From NCBI GenBank assembly GCA_015064795.1, contig SVRO01000001.1, positions 1 to 45,583 of the forward strand: a DNA stretch of 45,583 nucleotides, in the 5' to 3' direction. Under the pieces are notes generated by a model. That model did no database searches and was not told the DNA's origin. It was given only the letters and a program-made list of their open reading frames with translations. Both the position numbers and the translations under genes were made by a program. This stretch comes from Oscillospiraceae bacterium. GTDB lineage: Bacteria > Bacillota > Clostridia > Oscillospirales > CAG-272. This document shows, one piece after another, positions 9,145-14,236 of this stretch (its first letter is position 1; each line of letters opens with the position of its first letter).

Positions 9145-9238
9145 ATAAACAGACCGATAAATCAAAATTTGAAGTGAATAATTATTGTGACAGCGTTTCG
9201 AATACAAGAATTTTTGACGGATATTGGAGGGATTTTTT

Positions 9239-10270
9239 ATGAATATGGAATTTAGACGCAAGCTTCCCGAGCCGCGCGAGGTGATGGAGATGTACCCCGT
9301 GACCGAGGAGATGAAAGCGCAGAAGGCAAAAAACGACGCGGAGATCCGTCGTGTGTTTACGGGTGAGAGTGACAAGCTGATTCTCGTGATCGGGCCCTGC
9401 TCGGCCGACCGTGAGGATGCCGTGCTTGACTATATTTCGCGTTTGCGTAAGGTACAGGACAAGGTGCAGGATAAGGTCGTGATCATTCCGCGTATCTACA
9501 CCAACAAGCCGCGTACCACGGGCGCGGGCTATAAGGGCATGCTTCATCAGAGCGATCCGCACGAGTCCCCTGATATGCTACGCGGTCTGATGGCCATTCG
9601 CCGCCTGCATATCAAGGCGCTTTCCGAGACCGGATTTTCGAGTGCCGATGAGATGCTGTATCCCGAAAATCACCGTTACCTCGCCGACGTGCTTTCCTAT
9701 GTGGCGATCGGTGCGCGTTCGGTGGAAAATCAGCAGCACCGTTTGACTGCAAGCGGCTTGGAGCTTCCCGTTGGTATGAAAAATCCGACGAGTGGCGACC
9801 TTTCGGTCATGGTCAATGCCATCAAGGCCGCGCAGAGCGGACACGTGTTCAGCTACGGCGGTTACGAGGTTAAGAGCCACGGAAATCCCCTGACGCACGC
9901 CGTGCTTCGCGGTTGGGTGAATAGTCAGGGAACTACATTCCCCAACTATCACTACGAGGATCTCAGCCGTCTTTGTGCCATCTACGCCGAGAGCGGCCTT
10001 GCGGATCCTGCCGTAATCGTGGATACCAACCACTCCAATTCGGGCAAACGATGGGAGGAGCAGATACGCATTTCCAAGGAGATCTTACACAGTACCCGTC
10101 ATTCGCCCGAGATCTTCCGACTCGTGAAGGGACTTATGATCGAATCCTATATCGAGGACGGTTGTCAGAAGGTGGAGGATGGCGTATACGGCAAATCGAT
10201 CACCGATCCCTGTCTCGGTTGGGAAAAGACCGAGCGGCTGATTTTGGAGATCGCCGATCTCAGAGCATAA
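9239..10270 (+). CDS. 3-deoxy-7-phosphoheptulonate (DAHP) synthase, class I-alpha-like
   Basis: GPCSADREDAVLDY, IPRIYTNKPRTTGAGYKGML and VDTNHSNSGK resemble AroG/F/H-type DAHP synthases. I prefer ATG 9239 with GGAGGG at 9226-9231. Confidence 0.9.
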   Translation: MNMEFRRKLPEPREVMEMYPVTEEMKAQKAKNDAEIRRVFTGESDKLILVIGPCSADREDAVLDYISRLRKVQDKVQDKVVIIPRIYTNKPRTTGAGYKGMLHQSDPHESPDMLRGLMAIRRLHIKALSETGFSSADEMLYPENHRYLADVLSYVAIGARSVENQQHRLTASGLELPVGMKNPTSGDLSVMVNAIKAAQSGHVFSYGGYEVKSHGNPLTHAVLRGWVNSQGTTFPNYHYEDLSRLCAIYAESGLADPAVIVDTNHSNSGKRWEEQIRISKEILHSTRHSPEIFRLVKGLMIESYIEDGCQKVEDGVYGKSITDPCLGWEKTERLILEIADLRA

Positions 10271-10273
10271 GAA

Positions 10274-10308
10274 AAAACGCTTCGCGAATTTCGCGAAGCG
10301 TTTTCTGT
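10274..10308 (+). terminator. intrinsic terminator after the DAHP synthase gene
   Basis: Near-perfect 31-nt palindrome AAAACGCTTCGCGAA T TTCGCGAAGCGTTTT followed by CTG. Confidence 0.8.
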
Positions 10309-10316
10309 CTATATAC

Positions 10317-10345
10317 TTGATTTTTGTAAGAATTTGCTGTATAAT
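10317..10345 (+). promoter_or_regulatory. SigA-type promoter for the thrE-like genes
   Basis: TTGATT (10317-10322), 17-nt spacer, TATAAT (10340-10345). Confidence 0.6.
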
Positions 10346-10382
10346 ACAATCATTGTAGATTTTTCTCTGAAAAGGAGAATAT

Positions 10383-11168
10383 ATGGACGTACAAAAAATA
10401 AAAAACGAAAATTACGCCGATAACCTGTTGCGTCTTGCGCTTGACGTGGGCGAAGGAATGCTCAAAAACGGCGGCGAGATCAGTCGCGTGGAGGATACGA
10501 TCGAACGAATCTGTCACGCGTACGGCGCGGTACACGTAGAGGTATTTACCATCATTTCGGTCATTCATGCCTCGGTACGAATGGGCGATGATAGCTATTC
10601 CTCGCAAATGCGCCGCGTGAAAAGCACGGGCATGAATCTTACGGTGCTTGAGGAGCTGAACGCGCTCTCGCGCGAGGTCTGCCGTGAGAAGCCGTCGCTT
10701 ACTTACTTTGATGAAAAAATCCACGAGCTGAAGCAACATAAGGGATATTCTCCCATCGTTTCCATGCTTGCGTGGGCGTTGGCTGCGGCAAGCTTTGCCG
10801 TTTTCTTTGGGGGCGGCGTGTGGGAGTGCCTGTGGGCAGCACTTGCTGGCGTAGTCATGTTCTGCATTGATACCTATTCGCCGCGCCGCATGAATGCCAT
10901 TGCCAAAAATGTGATGTCAGCCTTTCTGACCTCGCTTGTTGCGGGCGTTTCGGTGCTTTTTCACGCGAACGGTAACGGAAGCGTGATCATTATGGGATCG
11001 CTTATGCTTTTGGTGCCGGGTGTTTCAATCGGCACGGCCATGCGTGATATCTTTTGCGGCGATCTGCTTTCGGGGACGCTTCGGCTTTTGCAGTCCTGTC
11101 TTTCGGCACTGATGTTGGCCTTTGGCTATATTCTTGCCGCAACGCTTTTGGGAGGTGGCGCAATATGA
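10383..11168 (+). CDS. threonine/serine exporter family protein (ThrE N-terminal module, DUF1212-like)
   Basis: 261 aa. LALDVGEGMLKNGGEISRVEDTIERICHAYG is typical of ThrE/YjjP. The C-terminal half is polytopic. Confidence 0.85.
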   Translation: MDVQKIKNENYADNLLRLALDVGEGMLKNGGEISRVEDTIERICHAYGAVHVEVFTIISVIHASVRMGDDSYSSQMRRVKSTGMNLTVLEELNALSREVCREKPSLTYFDEKIHELKQHKGYSPIVSMLAWALAAASFAVFFGGGVWECLWAALAGVVMFCIDTYSPRRMNAIAKNVMSAFLTSLVAGVSVLFHANGNGSVIIMGSLMLLVPGVSIGTAMRDIFCGDLLSGTLRLLQSCLSALMLAFGYILAATLLGGGAI

Positions 11169-11653
11169 CCTTTTTCAATCTGCAGCTTTTGGTGCGGCTT
11201 ATTACCTCGGCGCTCGGCTCGTGTGCCTTTGCGCTCATCTTCAAAACGCATAAGCGTCATTTGCTCCTCTTAAGCTTTTCGGGCTTGGTGACCTATTTCG
11301 TGTATTACACCGTCAGTTATTTTGGGGGCGGCTTTTTCGTTGCCTCCTTTGCGGCGACCTGCTTTGCGGCAACCTTTGGCGAGCTTTGTGCGAGACTTTG
11401 CCGCGCCCCTGCCGTGATCTATCTGTTGACGGGACTTATCCCCATCGTGCCCGGTGGCGAGGCCTATTATACGATGCGGTATCTGTTGGAGCGCAATATG
11501 CCGCTGGCCAACGAAAAGCTTTTGGCTACGGGTGGGGTAGCACTCGGAATCGCGGGCGGTATCGTACTCGTTTCGCTCGTTTTCGGTGTGATCGGTGACC
11601 GCTTGGCGCAAAGGCAACGGGCGAGAGTGGAGGGCGAACGTGGCAAGCATTAA
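11165..11653 (+). CDS. threonine/serine exporter family protein (YjjB-like membrane module)
   Basis: ATG 11165 overlaps the upstream stop (ATGA). It encodes 162 hydrophobic residues (MTFFNLQLLVRLITSALGSCAFALIF...). This is the usual two-gene ThrE arrangement. Confidence 0.8.
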   Translation: MTFFNLQLLVRLITSALGSCAFALIFKTHKRHLLLLSFSGLVTYFVYYTVSYFGGGFFVASFAATCFAATFGELCARLCRAPAVIYLLTGLIPIVPGGEAYYTMRYLLERNMPLANEKLLATGGVALGIAGGIVLVSLVFGVIGDRLAQRQRARVEGERGKH

Positions 11654-12467
11654 GAAGATTTTGGATTTTTCGGCACCCGAGCTTGATATTTTCGTCCGAC
11701 TCACAGGCGCGCAGCTTCGCTCGCGCTTGGAGCCCGAAAAGGGCATTTTTATAGCGGAAAGTCCTACGGTCATTGAGGTGGCACTTGCTTCGGGGCTTGA
11801 GCCCGTGGCGCTTTTGACCGATGAACGACTTCTTCCATCACTTGTCGAAATCATCGAAAAATGCGGGGACATTCCCGTGTACTGCGCCGAAAAGACGGTG
11901 CTTGAGGGGCTTACAGGCTTTGCGCTGACGCGCGGCGCGCTTTGCGCGATGCGGCGTCCGTCAAAAAAGAGAGTGGAGGAGCTTCTTGAGGGGGCCAAGC
12001 GTGTGGCTGTGCTTGAGGAGATCGCCGACTCAACCAACGTGGGTGCTCTCTTTCGTTCGGCGGCGGCACTTGGTATGGACGCGGTGCTGGTCACACCCAC
12101 CTGTTGCGATCCGCTTTGTCGGCGCGCCGTGCGCGTGAGCATGGGTACGGTCTTTCAGGTGCCCTGGACGCAGATCGGCGAAACGCCTGCCGATTGGCCC
12201 GAGAGGGGCCTTGAGCGGCTTCGCGCGCTCGGCTTCAAGACGGCGGCGATGGCACTTGACGACCATTCGGTGAGCATTGACGACGAGGCACTGATGCGCG
12301 AGGATAAGCTTGCCGTTATTCTCGGCACGGAGGGGGACGGCCTATCGAAGACAACCATTGCCACCTGCGATTATACGGTGAAGATCCCGATGTATCACGG
12401 GGTAGACTCGCTGAACGTGGCGGCGGCAGGTGCCGTGGCCTTTTGGCAGTTGACGAGAAAAAAATAA
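11640..12467 (+). CDS. TrmH/SpoU-family RNA 2'-O-methyltransferase
   Basis: SPOUT motifs NVGALFRSAAALG, LGTEGDGLS and IPMYHGVDSLNVAAAGAVAFW. The start is uncertain: GTG 11640 (GGAGGG at 11629-11634) is preferred over GTG 11595. Confidence 0.85.
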   Translation: MASIKKILDFSAPELDIFVRLTGAQLRSRLEPEKGIFIAESPTVIEVALASGLEPVALLTDERLLPSLVEIIEKCGDIPVYCAEKTVLEGLTGFALTRGALCAMRRPSKKRVEELLEGAKRVAVLEEIADSTNVGALFRSAAALGMDAVLVTPTCCDPLCRRAVRVSMGTVFQVPWTQIGETPADWPERGLERLRALGFKTAAMALDDHSVSIDDEALMREDKLAVILGTEGDGLSKTTIATCDYTVKIPMYHGVDSLNVAAAGAVAFWQLTRKK

Positions 12468-12502
12468 AAAACACGGGATTTTCGCCATTGGCGAAGATCC
12501 CC
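12458..12502 (-). terminator. intrinsic terminator reading on the minus strand (bidirectional with the trmH-like gene end)
   Basis: Minus strand: GGGGATCTTCGCC AAT GGCGAAAATCCC followed by GTGTTTTTTATTTTTTT. On the plus strand the same hairpin follows the TAA at 12465-12467 but has no T-run. Confidence 0.75.
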
Positions 12503-12603
12503 ACGCCCTGCGCCTGACAAGCGAGCTTGTCGATCTAGGGTGACAGTAGATATACGAAACCGCTGTCACCATAGTTCCACCTCTGCAATTCGTAAAATTG
12601 TGT
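12458..12603 (-). ncRNA. candidate orphan small RNA (promoter-to-terminator unit, about 140 nt)
   Basis: A good minus-strand promoter (12610-12638) and an intrinsic terminator (12458-12502) bracket two further hairpins (12539-12570, 12516-12531). There is no credible ORF. I recognise no known RNA family. Confidence 0.35.
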
Positions 12604-12609
12604 GTATAA

Positions 12610-12638
12610 AGTATACCATAGAATTGTGAATAAATCAA
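12610..12638 (-). promoter_or_regulatory. SigA-type promoter (minus strand) of the candidate sRNA
   Basis: Minus strand reads TTGATT (12638-12633), 17-nt spacer, TGG-TATACT (-10 at 12615-12610, extended TGn). Confidence 0.5.
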
Positions 12639-12781
12639 TCTCTTTTATAGGACACAGATTCCCGAAAGTGCAATTTTGGGGAACAGGATAAGGAGAGGGG
12701 GGCAAATTGCCATCACATGCCAATTTTTCGCCCTCTCCGAGTGTTTTGCAAGTGGGATACCCACCTTGCGAGAATGAAAAA

Positions 12782-12803
12782 GGCAGCCGAAATCGACTGC
12801 CCA
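12782..12803 (-). terminator. weak terminator hairpin after fic
   Basis: Minus strand: GGCAGTCG ATTT CGGCTGCC followed by TTTTTC, starting 5 nt after the fic stop. Confidence 0.5.
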
Positions 12804-12807
12804 ATCA

Positions 12808-13416
12808 TTATTTCAAATCTTCGGCTTTAAAGGTAGTATAGCCCTCGTAGTAGTAGCTGTGGTCAATTCCTTTCATAAATACCTGTCGGTCGTTGACCTT
12901 ATCTGTCAAAGCATTTTTTAAGAGGTGCTTGATTTCAATATCTTTGATAGGACTTCTTTCCATAGCAAGAAGATAATCCTCCTTATCCACAAAACTCCAG
13001 TCCACAACCATTCCAATTTCGCTTTTTAGTATATGGTCAAGCCAAATGCGAGTCGAACGGCCGTTTCCCTCTCTAAAAGGGTGAGCTACGTTCATTTCAA
13101 CATATTTTTCAACGATTTCATCGAATGTGCTCTGAGGCATTTTTTCGATATTTTCGAGCGCGGTATGGAGATACATAAGTGGAGCAAATCTAAAATTTCC
13201 CTTTGCGATGTTCACCGTTCGTATCTGACCTGCAAAGTCGTATATGTCAGAAAAAAGGAAAGCGTGTATTTTAGAAAGAGCATCAAACGTTCCTGGGGTA
13301 AGAGAAGAAAGGAAATTGGTTTCGAAAAGTTCTATTGCGCGTGTTTTACTGATTCTTTCTTCTTCGCGGGCAAGCTCCGCAGAATCGGTTATTCTTAATT
13401 TGTTTTCAAGTGCCAT
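12808..13416 (-). CDS. fic: Fic family protein (AMPylase), class III with C-terminal inhibitory helix
   Basis: 202 aa. Fic active-site motif HPFREGNGRSTR (13048-13083). C-terminal SYYYEG (12841-12858) matches the (S/T)xxxE(G/N) inhibitory motif. Confidence 0.92.
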   Translation of the reverse strand: MALENKLRITDSAELAREEERISKTRAIELFETNFLSSLTPGTFDALSKIHAFLFSDIYDFAGQIRTVNIAKGNFRFAPLMYLHTALENIEKMPQSTFDEIVEKYVEMNVAHPFREGNGRSTRIWLDHILKSEIGMVVDWSFVDKEDYLLAMERSPIKDIEIKHLLKNALTDKVNDRQVFMKGIDHSYYYEGYTTFKAEDLK

Positions 13417-13451
13417 ATTTTCTCCTTTCTCAAGTACATATATCTACTGAT

Positions 13452-13480
13452 ATTATACCACAAAACTGTACTTTTTTCAA
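13452..13480 (-). promoter_or_regulatory. SigA-type promoter of fic
   Basis: Minus strand: TTGAAA (13480-13475), 17-nt spacer, TGG-TATAAT (-10 at 13457-13452). Confidence 0.6.
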
Positions 13481-13514
13481 GCGAAAATAGCAAGCTATAA
13501 AAACATCTTAAAAA

Positions 13515-13589
13515 TGGCACCCCCAACGGGAATCGAACCCATAACTACCCCTTAGGAGGGGGTTATTATATCCATTTAACTATGGAGGC
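13515..13589 (-). tRNA. tRNA-Arg (anticodon CCT)
   Basis: The minus strand folds by hand into a cloverleaf: acceptor GCCTCCA/TGGGGGT, D arm GTTA..TAAT, anticodon stem ACCCC/GGGGT with loop CTCCTAA, T arm ATGGG TTCGATT CCCGT, discriminator G, encoded CCA. Confidence 0.9.
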
Positions 13590-13702
13590 GTGCTATTCAG
13601 TTGTTTTTTTCGCTCGGGTGTACAAAAGGTGTACAAAATGTTTTTCGACTCAAAAATTGGTGTTATTTCGCTAATGTTTGAGTATATCTTTTCGGATAGC
13701 TC

Positions 13703-13746
13703 ACCCCTTAGGAGGGGGTTATTATATCCATTTAACTATGCAGGCG
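13703..13746 (-). pseudogene. truncated tRNA-Arg(CCT) copy (5' acceptor strand through anticodon arm only)
   Basis: 44 nt are identical to 13547-13590 except one mismatch (13741 versus 13585). The offset is 156 bp. The T arm and 3' acceptor strand are absent. Confidence 0.75.
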
Positions 13747-13788
13747 GATATTGAATTTTGGTCGTTGATTACGCAAGCCGACTGAAAT

Positions 13789-13817
13789 ATTGTATCACAG
13801 TCTACCTAAAAAATCAA
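13789..13817 (-). promoter_or_regulatory. SigA-type promoter upstream of the truncated tRNA copy
   Basis: Minus strand: TTGATT (13817-13812), 17-nt spacer, TGA-TACAAT (-10 at 13794-13789, extended TGn). Confidence 0.55.
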
Positions 13818-13938
13818 GTGTTTTTTGTAAATGCTTTATATCTTCTTGTGTTTTTGATTTTTCAAAGCAAGCCGTATTCCGATCGGATTTTCCAAAAATT
13901 CATTTTGGGAATCGTGATAGGAAAAATTTTAAAAGCCC

Positions 13939-13967
13939 TTGACAAAAGTGGGGAGGCATGGTATGAT
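13939..13967 (+). promoter_or_regulatory. SigA-type promoter of the alaS leader
   Basis: TTGACA (13939-13944), 17-nt spacer, TGG-TATGAT (-10 at 13962-13967). Confidence 0.65.
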
Positions 13968-13974
13968 AATATTA

Positions 13975-14222
13975 ACAATGTTGACGGGAATAAGTAGCGG
14001 TTTGGGAATCCTTCAGAGAGGCGTCGGTCGGTGCGAGACGTTGGAGAAAAGGCCGTGAAGCTCTCCCCGAGTTCCGCCCTAATCGGCGGTGGTGCGCCCA
14101 TTATCGCGCGGAGATCGCATCTCCTGGAGGCGTCGTCTCGTGAGAGGGACGCAAAATAAGGTGGTAACACGAAGCCTATGCTCTCGTCCTTATCGAAAAG
14201 GACGGGGCTTTATTTTTTTGAA
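13975..14222 (+). promoter_or_regulatory. T-box riboswitch leader (tRNA-Ala responsive) of alaS
   Basis: AGAGAG box (about 14015-14020). GGTGCGAG distal-loop element. GAA-GCT specifier candidate (GCT at 14060-14062). T-box sequence AATAAGGTGGTAACACGAAG (14155-14174). Terminator at 14186-14220. Confidence 0.85.
14186..14220 (+). terminator. T-box leader terminator
   Basis: CGTCCTT ATCGA AAAGGACG followed by GGGCTTTATTTTTTT. Confidence 0.8.
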
Positions 14223-14236
14223 AGGAATTCAAAAGC

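Noticed and set aside
8932-9177. 81-aa ORF inside the palindrome cluster
   Set aside because: It is made entirely of hairpin arms, has no SD and has a low-complexity product. Such ORFs are typical artefacts of repeat elements.
8757-9238. T-box or other riboswitch controlling the DAHP synthase gene (also checked upstream of pheA)
   Set aside because: No AGAGA box, no GGTGGTACCGCG-like T-box sequence, and no terminator/antiterminator pair. The hairpins are independent perfect palindromes.
11054-11164. N-terminal extensions proposed by the ORF track for several genes (11054 ThrE module, 6655 aroA, 36817 rluD, 36384 lspA, 31900 sepF, 32401 yggT, 9224 DAHP synthase, 4129 aroB, 29217 orphan, 38690-39172 hypothetical)
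   Set aside because: In each case a downstream ATG or GTG with a properly spaced GGAGG-like SD gives the N-terminus typical of the family, or avoids a long overlap with the preceding gene.
12342-12804. 98-aa and 89-aa minus-strand ORFs in the fic-trmH spacer (possible antitoxin or small protein)
   Set aside because: One runs through an intrinsic terminator into the antisense of the trmH-like gene. The other has no SD. Neither carries the (S/T)xxxE(G/N) antitoxin motif, and the Fic protein carries its own inhibitory helix.
13758-13997. 79-aa plus-strand ORF between the tRNA fragment and the alaS leader
   Set aside because: It overlaps two promoters and the start of the T-box leader, uses a non-ATG start and has no SD.
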